The notes beneath the pieces are model-generated. The model had not been told where the DNA came from, made no database searches, and saw nothing but the letters and a program-made list of their open reading frames with translations. Positions 27,879 to 38,268 of a stretch of 64,000 nucleotides of DNA are shown piece by piece; the first letter of the stretch is position 1, and each line of letters opens with the position of its first letter. The translations under genes were made by a program, and so were the position numbers. This DNA is from Bacteroidia bacterium (GTDB lineage: Bacteria > Bacteroidota > Bacteroidia > SXHM01): contig JAJVIC010000006.1 in NCBI GenBank assembly GCA_022072225.1, positions 73,785 through 137,784 of the forward strand, in the 5' to 3' direction.

Positions 27879-30038
27879 TTATTTTACAATTTCTTCTGTT
27901 GTATAAGTCTTTGATGATGTTTGACCTGTTGGTTGATTATTTTTATAGGTTTCTGTTGTTTCAGTTACTTGGAGACTTCTAAACTTTTCTACTTTATTGC
28001 CACCCCAAAATGTTTTAACATTTCTTGTTTGAATTTCTCCTTTCTGAATATCAAATTTGGTTACGCTATTTATGTTAAATTGGCTCTCATCATTTGGTCT
28101 TGTTAAATTAATTACTCTAGTTATATAGTTTTCTTCTACTGTTAATATATTATATTCATTTTGATTCATATAAAGCCACTCTGATTCAGCATAATTATCA
28201 TCTAAGAATGAGTATGTTCCTGTTCTTGCAGCTTCACCCCATGCTCCGTCATTGGGGGCACCAGATGTTAAACTTGCATATTCAGGTGTTGTCTTAAACA
28301 TACTTGCCAAAGCGCCTTTTGCACCATTTGATGTATGAGAAAGATTTGTTTCATGCCAATGTAATGTCTCAACATCCCAATCATATTCACCACCTTCATT
28401 TCTCGCTCTGGAGTTTCCATCCCAAGTATTTACAACATTATTAAGTAATTCTTCGTCAACAACAATTTTGATTCTATTCTTATCAAAATAATGAAAATTA
28501 TAAACGGCTGATCTATACAAATCAATTTTGAATGGCTTACCAGTTCTTGGGTCAATTGGCTCTTGTCCATCTTTATCAATAAACATAATGGGATTGTCAG
28601 CAAATGCTGCATATGGCGACCACATAGGATATTTTCTCTCTAACGGATCAACACTCATGAACCTTCCCAATCTCGCATCGTATATCCTTGCCCCAAAGTC
28701 ATACGCAAATGCCACAGGGTCGATCAATGATACGTTCTTTTTAGTGGTGTCTATTGCTGCAATAGTTTTGGTCTCCGTATCAAAAGTAAACTGCCCATAC
28801 TCTTCAAACTTTTGAGGATAGAAAACTTCCTGGAATAAGCCGCCTGTTAAAGAATAGAATTGATTGTATTCATCGGGTATTCCTTCAACAGTAAAAGGCT
28901 TTGGATTGCGGTCTGTAGGTTTCTCACCTTCTTTTGTTTGAAAACCATTTAATACCATTTCCTGGACATCCATTGGCATTTGTTTGTAGCCAAGGCGTTG
29001 CAAACGTGCGAGGTGGTTTTCCAATTCAACAAATGTTTTTTCTTTAGTGAGTTTACTAAGGTTTACTGTTTTATTGTCGCTAATTATTTTTAACATCCGT
29101 TCATTTAAAACCTGGTGTTTTAATAGCAACGCATTTAAGTTAAGGCTATCGTTTTGTAAAACAGTTTCGGCACATTGTAAAAGAAAATTATCGTCTTTAG
29201 TATTGAACTTATGTTCATACGCCTTGGCAAGATTTACCATGCACAAGCCAATGCTTTGTCTATTGTCATAACTGCGTAATGATATTCCGCTTTCAATGGC
29301 AGAACTTGTTGTATAGGTTAATGTTTGCAATATTCCATCGCCTGGATGTCCTGCGGTGGCAAGTTCAACATTATAATATTGTCCTTTTGTGTCGCGGTGT
29401 TGAATGTAAATGTGCTGCGGTGCGGTGCAAAGTTCCGCCCCTGTATTTAAGCGATCTGCCATTATTTTAAAGAATGCAGTTAAGGCAAAACAATTACCTG
29501 CTTGCTCTTTAGAATTAAGTAAATTCAGTAGTTGTGAATTACTCCAGTCTTTTATACCGAAAGGGTCCGCAGTTGAATAACTGAAAGGCAAATGAACGAG
29601 CGGATAAATACCTGTTGTATCTTCTATGTAAGTAAAAATAGCCCAATTATTAAGCGCATTTTTATAGAGTTCTTTTTTTCGTGTTGGTGAAATAGCAATT
29701 TCATTTATATCAAATCTTCCGTTTGCTTTTACCTTTGGAATGTAATTCATAGTGTCGCTGTAATCATTGGCGACTGCAAGGTTTTCAATAAAGGAAAGAT
29801 GAAAGTCTATGCTCTTTTGAAAAGTTTCATATCTGTATTGATTATTATGGAAAGGATTTTCGCTGATGAAAACGGCACGTTCAAAACTTGGAGTTTGTTT
29901 TCCTTCCATCATGTTTTTCAATTCAACAAAGGCAGAAGAAAAGTAATAGTACGTGCTGTCGTTTTTCTCGCTAGCGTGCAACGCAGCTGAGAATGCTGCG
30001 AATAGAACTGTGAGCAGCAAAAGGATTTTAGTTTTCAT
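27879..30038 (-). CDS. Secreted polymorphic-toxin-like protein: transglutaminase-like N-domain + RHS-core motif + unknown C-terminal domain
   Basis: Signal peptide. Cys/His region (EQAGNCFALTAFF...HIYIQH) paralogous to 30063..31571. RIYDARLGRFMSVDPL...SPYAAFADNPIMFIDKDGQEP matches the RHS-repeat-associated core terminus. ~220-aa C-terminal tail of unknown fold. Confidence 0.55.
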   Translation of the reverse strand: MKTKILLLLTVLFAAFSAALHASEKNDSTYYYFSSAFVELKNMMEGKQTPSFERAVFISENPFHNNQYRYETFQKSIDFHLSFIENLAVANDYSDTMNYIPKVKANGRFDINEIAISPTRKKELYKNALNNWAIFTYIEDTTGIYPLVHLPFSYSTADPFGIKDWSNSQLLNLLNSKEQAGNCFALTAFFKIMADRLNTGAELCTAPQHIYIQHRDTKGQYYNVELATAGHPGDGILQTLTYTTSSAIESGISLRSYDNRQSIGLCMVNLAKAYEHKFNTKDDNFLLQCAETVLQNDSLNLNALLLKHQVLNERMLKIISDNKTVNLSKLTKEKTFVELENHLARLQRLGYKQMPMDVQEMVLNGFQTKEGEKPTDRNPKPFTVEGIPDEYNQFYSLTGGLFQEVFYPQKFEEYGQFTFDTETKTIAAIDTTKKNVSLIDPVAFAYDFGARIYDARLGRFMSVDPLERKYPMWSPYAAFADNPIMFIDKDGQEPIDPRTGKPFKIDLYRSAVYNFHYFDKNRIKIVVDEELLNNVVNTWDGNSRARNEGGEYDWDVETLHWHETNLSHTSNGAKGALASMFKTTPEYASLTSGAPNDGAWGEAARTGTYSFLDDNYAESEWLYMNQNEYNILTVEENYITRVINLTRPNDESQFNINSVTKFDIQKGEIQTRNVKTFWGGNKVEKFRSLQVTETTETYKNNQPTGQTSSKTYTTEEIVK

Positions 30039-30062
30039 ATTATCGGTTTTTCGTTTATAAAA

Positions 30063-31571
30063 TTACTTAGAAAAAAATAAGTCGCGTGGTTGTCGTCCGT
30101 TTATTTTGCTTGCCCGTTGTAGTTTTTGTTTGGTATCGTAATACTTCATCAGTTGCATGTAATCGCTTTCGGGAAATTCCTGAATACCTGCTGTGTTTTC
30201 CTGTTCCATGAAATTAGTCAGGTTATTGTAAGCTGCAAAAGTTTCGGGGTCTTTTTCAATTTGAGAAAAATCGGTATAGCGTTTTGTTTGAACCTGCGTA
30301 TTGAGTTCATCAGCTAAAAGTCGTTTGTTTAAATACCTGAACGAACCATTGACATAATCTTTATTCGGAAAATAAGTTGCTGCTGTGTTCATGCAGTCGC
30401 GGATAAATTGCTTGTCGTAAAGCCAGTGTTCTTTTACATAGGTTACGGCAAGATCAATCATAACGGAAGCAATAATTTGTTTTTTGTTCAGGTTGGTGAT
30501 GTAAATTTTGTTGTTCATTGCTTTAGCCATGCGGGGTAAGGTTTCAAGATAAAACTGGTCGGGCATAATACTACCTGTTGTGGTTTCAAAATTGAGCGTT
30601 GCACCCAAATGGTTTTTATAACGAATGAAAGAATGCGAAAGCGAATAGCCAAGAAAAGCATCAATTTTCAAAGCTTCGGCATGAATGAGATAAGCAGTGG
30701 GAAGCGTGTGGCATTGACCGCCACCGGTGGCAAGAATTTTTGTTACAAAATAATTGGTTCTGTTTTCGGCAGGGTCATAATTGAGGTAATCATAAAAGAA
30801 AGGTGCATGTGCTTTATCTTCTTTTTTTAGAAATAAGGTATCAGAATTAAAACGCTGAATACCCATGTGAAGCATTTCGGGGTCGGACATATTCATGTTG
30901 TTCTCTTTCAGCCACTGCCTAATGAAATCAACATTCTGCGTGATAATGCTTTTGTATTGCTCATAAGAAAGCAACACATTTCCGTAAGCAGCCTCTTCGT
31001 AATAATAAGCATCGGCAATTGAAAGGGCTGTGCGCTCTTCCAACATATCTTTCAATTTAGTGAAAGCATTTTGATAGTTTACAAAATCGTTTTTGTAAAC
31101 AGAACTCTTATAATAATCATCGTTAAATTTCAGCTTGTTATTTGAAACCTCAAACAACAAGTCATTGAACTCTTTCATTTGTTTTTGTTGGGAGCTTTGC
31201 TCCGGTGGTCGTCCGTTTAATTGGTTTTGTTGCTGTGCATTTATCTGTTGTTGTGTTGCTTGCTTGCTGTTGCCATACACAGCTAAATTTTGTTGCTGCT
31301 TTAGAATGTCGTCAGCGGTTGTGCCATTACCTTTGCGCTGCTTCATGTCATTAGTCATTGTTTGTGCACTATTGACGGGATACGACCATCCAAAGGGTGT
31401 CAATTCGGGCATAAAAACATCGTTCTGCTGTTTAATAAGAATGCTGTCGCCAAGCGTATTATACATGCTGCTAATGCTACCAACTTTTTGTTGTGCATTA
31501 GAAGAAGGACAATAGAATAACAATATAATCGTTATGCTTTTTAGAACTAAAAAAATTACCCGCTGAACCAT
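30063..31571 (-). CDS. Secreted transglutaminase-like cysteine-peptidase-fold protein with Q-rich linker
   Basis: Signal peptide. QQ-rich low-complexity region. GGGQCHTLPTAYLIHAEAL with downstream His/Asp-type residues. Confidence 0.5.
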   Translation of the reverse strand: MVQRVIFLVLKSITIILLFYCPSSNAQQKVGSISSMYNTLGDSILIKQQNDVFMPELTPFGWSYPVNSAQTMTNDMKQRKGNGTTADDILKQQQNLAVYGNSKQATQQQINAQQQNQLNGRPPEQSSQQKQMKEFNDLLFEVSNNKLKFNDDYYKSSVYKNDFVNYQNAFTKLKDMLEERTALSIADAYYYEEAAYGNVLLSYEQYKSIITQNVDFIRQWLKENNMNMSDPEMLHMGIQRFNSDTLFLKKEDKAHAPFFYDYLNYDPAENRTNYFVTKILATGGGQCHTLPTAYLIHAEALKIDAFLGYSLSHSFIRYKNHLGATLNFETTTGSIMPDQFYLETLPRMAKAMNNKIYITNLNKKQIIASVMIDLAVTYVKEHWLYDKQFIRDCMNTAATYFPNKDYVNGSFRYLNKRLLADELNTQVQTKRYTDFSQIEKDPETFAAYNNLTNFMEQENTAGIQEFPESDYMQLMKYYDTKQKLQRASKINGRQPRDLFFSK

Positions 31572-31641
31572 CTGGTTTTGAAATGGTTTGTAGAGTAAAA
31601 TTAGAAAAATTTATCAATTCCAATGAACTTATTACATTGCA

Positions 31642-33375
31642 ATGTTTATGGAGCTATATAAAACAAAATCTTCTGACATTTATACTGAGTTTACTCATTG
31701 GGATCGTGCTATTGAGAATAGACTTTTTGAAGAGAATTGCAGGGTAATTAAGCTTGTATGTTTATATAAAGCAGTTTTTAGAAATTGTCATTTTGAAAAA
31801 GATACCCTTTTGGGCAATTGCACTTTTGAGAATGATGTCTTATTTAATACCTGCACATTCAGTGAAGAAATTGTTTTTAAGAATTCTGAATTTAAAAAAG
31901 GACTAAAATTTGAAAATTGTACATTTCAAAAGGAACTAGTATTTAATGATTGCACCGTCCATGATATTCTTTGTAAGAATAGTACTGGAAATGAAATTTA
32001 TTTCAGTGGCTATATAAAGAATAATGCGGTTAAGAATCACGAAATTATTTTTGATGATGTTACATTTGAAAAAATAAAGTTTGAACATATAGAACTATTT
32101 AAACCAATTAAATTCCTCTCAGTGGAATTTAAAGAAGTATGGTTTCATCATTGTCATGCAGAAGCACCTATGACATTTGGAGATAGTGAAAAGGACATTT
32201 ACTTTAAATCAAAAAAGATTGATGTTGAATCTTCAAAATTCTTCCATCGGATTGATTTCTTAAAAGGTGTAATTACTGAATTTGCACGTTTCCATAAGGT
32301 TGATTTCAATGAACAAGTAGTTTGGAGGGATACATTTCATACAAATAGTATAGAGCTTATGGAAGTTCGTGCTAAATATGATGTATGTCTTGACTTTAGA
32401 AACAATACAACACATTTATATTTTCAAAATTGTTGGTTTGATACAAGCTTTACTATATTTAATATAAATCCAGCATTGAATTCTATTGAAGATAGAGTAA
32501 CTGTTGATTTTTACGGCATCATTCATGGCAATTATATAATTGCTGATTTACCGACACTTTCAATTACTATTTCGTGTATAAATTTTGGAAATATTCTATT
32601 CAATAATGTTTCGACTAAACTAATTCACTTAAATAGATTCTATAATTACAACAAGCTATTTTTTAATAGCATCAAGCTTGACCCTACTTTTAATGTATTA
32701 ACGATAATCGATTCAAATATTAATAATACAGAATTTGAAAATATCGATTTCACAAAATTCAATGAAGTAGTGATAACTAAAAGTGATGTCAGCAGTATGC
32801 TATTGTCTAACTCGCTTTTTCCGAAGCAAATTCAGATTAAAACCAATAATCCTCAATTAGGCTACGGAATTGAAGTACAGGAAGAAGCTAATCGGAATAT
32901 GTACTTCAGAGAATCATATCGTCAATTAAAAATGGCAATGGAAAAATCAGGGAACCGTTACTACGCTCTGCTGTATAAATCCAAAGAAATGTATTATCAG
33001 AGAAAAGAATTTGGATGGGGATGGGATAAAATTCTGCTTACGCTTAATTATTTGACAAACAATAATGGGATAAGCTGGGGACGAGGAATTGTATTCACTC
33101 TACTTTGTGCATTAGGCTCTTTTTTTGCTTTAAACTCATTGATTAACGAACCTTATTTTTATTGGGGTTTCTCTTATTCAGGACTGGAAACTCTCCAAGC
33201 ATTTAAAATAGGATTTAAACAATATATAAACTATCTATCCTCTTATCCAAGATTAACAATAGATGAAGGAGTAACTTCTAACTGGAAAATAAACAGTGTT
33301 GTTTTATTGTCACGAATATTAGTGAGCATTGGAATATTTCAAACAATTTTTGCATTTAGAAAATATGGCAAGTAA
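31642..33375 (+). CDS. Pentapeptide-like repeat protein with C-terminal TM helices
   Basis: N-terminal tandem ~10-aa C/N-x-F repeats (NCHFEKDTLLGNCTFENDVLFNTCTFSEE...). 3-4 hydrophobic helices at the C-terminus. Confidence 0.5.
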   Translation: MFMELYKTKSSDIYTEFTHWDRAIENRLFEENCRVIKLVCLYKAVFRNCHFEKDTLLGNCTFENDVLFNTCTFSEEIVFKNSEFKKGLKFENCTFQKELVFNDCTVHDILCKNSTGNEIYFSGYIKNNAVKNHEIIFDDVTFEKIKFEHIELFKPIKFLSVEFKEVWFHHCHAEAPMTFGDSEKDIYFKSKKIDVESSKFFHRIDFLKGVITEFARFHKVDFNEQVVWRDTFHTNSIELMEVRAKYDVCLDFRNNTTHLYFQNCWFDTSFTIFNINPALNSIEDRVTVDFYGIIHGNYIIADLPTLSITISCINFGNILFNNVSTKLIHLNRFYNYNKLFFNSIKLDPTFNVLTIIDSNINNTEFENIDFTKFNEVVITKSDVSSMLLSNSLFPKQIQIKTNNPQLGYGIEVQEEANRNMYFRESYRQLKMAMEKSGNRYYALLYKSKEMYYQRKEFGWGWDKILLTLNYLTNNNGISWGRGIVFTLLCALGSFFALNSLINEPYFYWGFSYSGLETLQAFKIGFKQYINYLSSYPRLTIDEGVTSNWKINSVVLLSRILVSIGIFQTIFAFRKYGK

Positions 33376-33401
33376 TAAGAATAAGGAAAACCGATTAATG
33401 T

Positions 33402-34655
33402 CTATTCTACATTAAATCCAGCCTTCTTACTTAAGGATTTGAGAAAATTTTCAAATTCGGTTTCCCATAATTCTTCATGACTTTGCGTTTCCAAGGGAAC
33501 GGTCAATGACTTATTATCGGATTTGGCAGTTACTTGCCATTTCTGAATATTGGAATCGTTTTTATGTTTTAGTGGTTGCAATCGTAATTCAGAGTTTTTC
33601 CCGTTATATATACCTTGTAGTTTCTCCCAGATGTTATTCTCGGTTTTTAAAAGTGCTGCCATGGGACTATTATAGTGTTTTTGACTATATACGAATAAAA
33701 AATTCCTATTCTGAGAATGATCGATAACATTCACACTGAAAATTTCACTTTTAAATGAGATACGCCTCTTATTCCAGATTGCACTTCCTTCAAAATAAAA
33801 TTTGTAATACCCTGGAACAACAATCTTTGATAATTCCAACAGCAATGTTTCAGAAGTTTTTGGAAGTACTGAATATATTTTGGCATCAGGGAGTACTGCA
33901 ATGGATTTTCCAATTATTTCGCTGGGGTGAAAATATAACCGTGTCGGTTCATTAATGCCTCGGAGTGTATGTTGTCTGATAATTCGTTTTTGAGTGTTTT
34001 GAATATATTGTGTTGTGATGACGTTTAATGTAAGTACATCAAGTTTTTCGTTTGATTTATTCGTTAGTTGTAACCAAACCTGATACGAACTTTCGGTATG
34101 AGATTTTATGACCCGAGTATCGACTATAAAGTAATCATAGGCATTGGGTTTGGGTGAATCAAAAAAATCAAACCTTACTGCTTGAGGGGTATAAATATGT
34201 GGTTCCACTGGAGTTGAAATAACATAATCTTCCAGACCCAATTTTTGTAAGGCAGCTTTACTCTGAATAAATTTACTTTCTAAACTTTCTCCTATCCAAA
34301 GCTCTATTGCAAAAGGCACTTCTGTGTTTTCTAGGATGTGATGTAATTCATTGCTTAAATCAGTAGGACTGACAATCACGAACCGATCAATATCTTTTGC
34401 ATCATGCCATACGAGCTTTGAAGCTATGTCGGTAACGTTAAGCTTACGATTTAAGTTTTTACACTCAAATTTCCAGACTTCATATTGACCTAATTCATGC
34501 GAATATTTTCTTGCAGAAATATCATATCCGAATTGACTGCCCGCATTTTGCAAACGAACATTTTCAAACCCAATATCTTTCAATAATTCATATACAAGTT
34601 TTTCGAAATATTTTCCCTTATTGGGTAGCGACAATAGTTTCTCAATTATTTTCAT
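33402..34655 (-). CDS. Mrr-cat-like PD-(D/E)xK restriction-endonuclease-domain protein with ~300-aa unknown C-terminal domain
   Basis: GKYFEKLVYELLKDIGFENV...FGYDISA...WKFECK matches the Mrr N-terminal catalytic domain (D, E-x-K). Confidence 0.55.
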   Translation of the reverse strand: MKIIEKLLSLPNKGKYFEKLVYELLKDIGFENVRLQNAGSQFGYDISARKYSHELGQYEVWKFECKNLNRKLNVTDIASKLVWHDAKDIDRFVIVSPTDLSNELHHILENTEVPFAIELWIGESLESKFIQSKAALQKLGLEDYVISTPVEPHIYTPQAVRFDFFDSPKPNAYDYFIVDTRVIKSHTESSYQVWLQLTNKSNEKLDVLTLNVITTQYIQNTQKRIIRQHTLRGINEPTRLYFHPSEIIGKSIAVLPDAKIYSVLPKTSETLLLELSKIVVPGYYKFYFEGSAIWNKRRISFKSEIFSVNVIDHSQNRNFLFVYSQKHYNSPMAALLKTENNIWEKLQGIYNGKNSELRLQPLKHKNDSNIQKWQVTAKSDNKSLTVPLETQSHEELWETEFENFLKSLSKKAGFNVE

Positions 34656-34663
34656 TCACATCA

Positions 34664-37600
34664 CTATTTTTTATTTCTCCTCAAAGAATTTAAAATGGTA
34701 TTTGCCACTTGTTGCTGTGAATCGGAACTTGCTGTTCCCACATTTACTTTTATCCGATAACCTTTCACTATTTTTTCTTCCGGCTGCTTTTGAATTGTGC
34801 TTAAGAAGGTAAAGAGTTCTGCGGTTTGACAGCACACAATATTTTTCAGTTCTGTTTTACTGAAATGTGTTTCGCACAAAGTCTGTATTCTCCCTAAGTG
34901 TACTGTGTTCTCTGAACACACAAACACCTTTGAATATCCCGCATGGAAACATTTCTTAATATTTCCGACTTCGTATTCTTTCGTATTGGTAACTGCGATT
35001 TCACACGCTATTTTCAAATTGTCCTTTATTAACCCTACATCAACTCTGCCTTTGCCATCTGGTGTTGGTTCTTCAATCACTGCTTTAAATCCATATCCCT
35101 CTGCTATGCGTTTAATGAGTTCTTGCAAGTAGCGATGTTCTCGCATTTCACGTTTCTGTTCTTCTTTCTCGGTGAACTCTTTTCCTTTCTGCTGTATTGC
35201 TTCATCTGCCTCTTTAAACTCAGGTTGTGGTTGTTCTTTTGGCTGTTCAGGTTGTGGTTCTTGTTTAGCTTCTTGCTTTGGAATTTCTGTTTTTTCAGTC
35301 TCAGCTTTTCGTTCTGAAAATCGTAGTGACTGTGCTAAAAGTTCTTCAACTTCTTCTCGCGGTTTACCATAAGCACTTCGTGAAAGTATTGCTACTTTAT
35401 TCCGTACCAACTGTGCATACTTTTCGTTCTTTGCTTCAATGAAAGGAATTGCAATATTGAAATCATTGTCTTTGCGTTCAACTCGTACAATAGCTTGTCC
35501 GGTATTTAGATTCTGAATATCTGTTTCGTCAAAAGATGAAAAGCTGTTTGCAAGTTGTTTGGCATCTTCTTCACCGCATCTGAAGCATACGCGCGTTGCG
35601 GGATTTGAAAGCACTGAATTTGCAAGCTCTTTATCTAACGTTCGTAACTGTTCCAAATCCTGATGCGCCAAAACAAGCCCTAATCCATACTTCCGTGCCC
35701 CTGAAAGGATGGAGCTCATGGATGGTGTTATAAAATGTTGAAATTCGTCTATATAGAGAAAAAACGGTAAACGTGCCTCTTCCTTCATATTCTGCCTGTG
35801 AAGCGCTGCCTGGTGCAATTTTGCCACGATAATAGAGCCTAAGAGGTAGCTGTTATCCTCTCCGATTAGCCCTTGTGAGAGCTTTACTAAAAATATCTTC
35901 TTGGAATTTATGACATCATGAAAGTCTATCCCGCTTTTTTGGACCATCATATTGCGTACAATCCTCGGACGCAAAAAGGTATCAAGCCTTGTTAAGATTG
36001 GTGCAATGGAATTAGAGCGCAGAAGCGGGAATTCTTTTTTCCAGTAATACACAATATTGGGGTCGTTTACTTTCTGCAATGTTTTTGCACGAAAGGCATC
36101 ATCTGTCAGGAATTGGCGCAAATCCAGAAATGTTCCTCCATCTTCATGTTCTAAGAATGCAATTACTGCATTAGCCAAAACAGAAGTCATCTGATCGCCC
36201 CAACTAGTCGCAAACCGTTTAAACAGAGAAACAATATCTGAAGAAAGAATAATTTTTTCAGGTTCTGTTTTTGCAAATAATAAATTCAGTCCTACGGGGT
36301 AATCGGTATCAGATGGGTCAAGTAATACGACATCTTTAATTCTGTGTGCGGGAATATGCTCAATCGCTTTTTCTATTAAGTCACCATGCGGGTCAAGAAC
36401 GCAAAGTCCATTTCCTAATTGCATATCTTGAATAATGGATTGCAAAAGGAAATTTGATTTGCCCGTGCCCGTTGCTCCTATGACATGAGTGTGTCGCAAG
36501 CGTTGCTGAACTGAAAGTGCGGCTTTTCGTTCTTGCCCCAAATAGTTATTTAAGCCTAAAACAAAATCGTGATGCAATACTGCTTCTGGTGCTGGCTTTG
36601 TTTTTCCTTGGTAGGTGCGAAGTTTTGGCGCGGAAACAGTCATATCCGGTATATGCACAATGGACGCAAGCTCTCCCGCATTTAAAATCATTCCTGTTCT
36701 TCGGGACAAACGATTTTCAACATCTTCTAAAACACAGTCAATACTTTGAATGGGAACTGACGTAAAACTATTGCACCCTTGTCGGTGTAGTGCAGATAAA
36801 CTTTGCACTATCTCATTATTAAGCGACATAGCCTTGTCAACGGTATGGCTAATCGTCAGCACTCGAATAGTTGCAACGAATAAAGGCTTTGACACTTTTT
36901 CCTGAACCAGTTTCGCCATGTCAGGGTCATTCCTGAAAAAAGATTTTCCATGATGGTCTGTTGCAGCTCGCATCATACTTTGCGCCCATTGGTTTACTGT
37001 GCCTTTAAATAACACCTGCACAATAGCACGTTCATTTTTTTGTACTGTTCCTAAGACAGATAGGCAGCCCGCTAATGGGTCGGGACTAAACTTGTCATAG
37101 CATTTGATGGGTCTCATGAATTCCTGGGCAAGTCCAAGTTCATGGATGGCAAACCCCATATGGTCTTCCACATTTTGAAGGAGCATATTTTCAAATTCTG
37201 AAACAACAACGGTCGGCAAATATTCTTCGACATAGCTGCGGACTATTGAAACGTCTTGTGCATCACAGCTTAATTGAATTTGAATCTTGTCATGGTGTCC
37301 AACAATTTCAAACGAAAGAGTATTTCTCGTGTTTGATAGCAACACTAATAACTGTTCAATAAAGCCTAATTCAATACGCGTATCTTTTTGAAACGAAAAA
37401 TGAAGTTCACGAATACGAGGTCTTTCGTCTATGACATTGTATGCATTGATAGGATATAACTCTTGGAGATATTGAACGGCCTCTTCTGTCTGCGGCTGTT
37501 CTTTTTCTTTTGTTCCAAAGAGTGTAGAGAATGCATCAACAACGGTTGGGAAAAATCGCGGTCGTACACCATCATCAATTGTGGTTTGATATTGTGGTGG

Positions 37601-37735
37601 TAAATGACCAAAAAAGGGAATGAATTCAGGCTCTAACTCAACGGGGTCTTGAAACACATTCCATCCTCGTCCACGCTGTTCCCACGTGTAAAATTGGGCG
37701 GTGTAAAATTCTTCAAGCGAATATCCGTTATGCAT
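34664..37735 (-). CDS. HerA/TraD-FtsK-like ATPase fused to C-terminal Mrr-cat-like PD-(D/E)xK domain (1023 aa)
   Basis: Walker A GATGTGKSNF, VLDPHGD, Walker B FFLYIDEFQHF, VLAHQ. Acidic E/Q/P-rich linker, then ELIKRIAEGYGFKAV...GRVDVGL...IACEIAV. No TM helix. Confidence 0.6.
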   Translation of the reverse strand: MHNGYSLEEFYTAQFYTWEQRGRGWNVFQDPVELEPEFIPFFGHLPPQYQTTIDDGVRPRFFPTVVDAFSTLFGTKEKEQPQTEEAVQYLQELYPINAYNVIDERPRIRELHFSFQKDTRIELGFIEQLLVLLSNTRNTLSFEIVGHHDKIQIQLSCDAQDVSIVRSYVEEYLPTVVVSEFENMLLQNVEDHMGFAIHELGLAQEFMRPIKCYDKFSPDPLAGCLSVLGTVQKNERAIVQVLFKGTVNQWAQSMMRAATDHHGKSFFRNDPDMAKLVQEKVSKPLFVATIRVLTISHTVDKAMSLNNEIVQSLSALHRQGCNSFTSVPIQSIDCVLEDVENRLSRRTGMILNAGELASIVHIPDMTVSAPKLRTYQGKTKPAPEAVLHHDFVLGLNNYLGQERKAALSVQQRLRHTHVIGATGTGKSNFLLQSIIQDMQLGNGLCVLDPHGDLIEKAIEHIPAHRIKDVVLLDPSDTDYPVGLNLLFAKTEPEKIILSSDIVSLFKRFATSWGDQMTSVLANAVIAFLEHEDGGTFLDLRQFLTDDAFRAKTLQKVNDPNIVYYWKKEFPLLRSNSIAPILTRLDTFLRPRIVRNMMVQKSGIDFHDVINSKKIFLVKLSQGLIGEDNSYLLGSIIVAKLHQAALHRQNMKEEARLPFFLYIDEFQHFITPSMSSILSGARKYGLGLVLAHQDLEQLRTLDKELANSVLSNPATRVCFRCGEEDAKQLANSFSSFDETDIQNLNTGQAIVRVERKDNDFNIAIPFIEAKNEKYAQLVRNKVAILSRSAYGKPREEVEELLAQSLRFSERKAETEKTEIPKQEAKQEPQPEQPKEQPQPEFKEADEAIQQKGKEFTEKEEQKREMREHRYLQELIKRIAEGYGFKAVIEEPTPDGKGRVDVGLIKDNLKIACEIAVTNTKEYEVGNIKKCFHAGYSKVFVCSENTVHLGRIQTLCETHFSKTELKNIVCCQTAELFTFLSTIQKQPEEKIVKGYRIKVNVGTASSDSQQQVANTILNSLRRNKK

Positions 37736-38216
37736 TCATCGGAGTGGTGTTTGGTTTCCGCTCAAATTCAGACAGTGATTTAATTCCTTTCGGTTGGGTA
37801 ATGGTATCTATGACATTCAAGATACTTTGATGCACACTGGAACGGAACATGGTTGCAGTATCAATGACATAGTAGGGTTTGTATTGCATACGCTCTACAA
37901 TCTTTTCTCCGATGTATGGAATCTTAATTAATAGCTCTTGCCAAAAACTGATTTTTTCTCTCAGCCACCATGAAACAAAAAAGCCGGTGCCAAATGGTGC
38001 TGCACAAATATGAAAGATGTAATCCTTTCGCTTTACTTCAAAGTAGAGTCGGTTCTTCGACATTAATCCACCTTCACTGAGTGTAAGGGTTTTCATCTTG
38101 ACATCTGGCAACTGTCTGCGCGTTATTTCTGCTTCGACATTTTTGTAAAAATCTTTTGCTGAAAATTGGAAATCATCAAAGAGATGATTCCAGTTGGAAG
38201 TAGCGACTGAACTCAT
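37728..38216 (-). CDS. Hypothetical protein (162 aa), operon partner of the ATPase
   Basis: 8-nt overlap with the ATPase gene start. Confidence 0.4.
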   Translation of the reverse strand: MSSVATSNWNHLFDDFQFSAKDFYKNVEAEITRRQLPDVKMKTLTLSEGGLMSKNRLYFEVKRKDYIFHICAAPFGTGFFVSWWLREKISFWQELLIKIPYIGEKIVERMQYKPYYVIDTATMFRSSVHQSILNVIDTITQPKGIKSLSEFERKPNTTPMNA

Positions 38217-38268
38217 GGTTAAAGATTTTGGTTTTATATACTAATTAAAAAAGTTTTACCATTAAAAT

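Noticed and set aside
30063-31571. Q-rich segment (…QQQINAQQQNQ…QKQM) of the transglutaminase-like protein as a coding repeat of interest
   Set aside because: Appears to be a simple low-complexity linker between the signal peptide and the catalytic domain. No nucleotide-level tandem repeat structure of note.
34664-37735. Calling the 1023-aa ATPase (and the 387-aa paralogues) a conjugative type IV coupling protein
   Set aside because: No N-terminal transmembrane helices, and no relaxase, VirB4 or other transfer genes anywhere in the window. The large protein is fused to a nuclease-like domain, so a soluble HerA/FtsK-like motor is the more defensible description.
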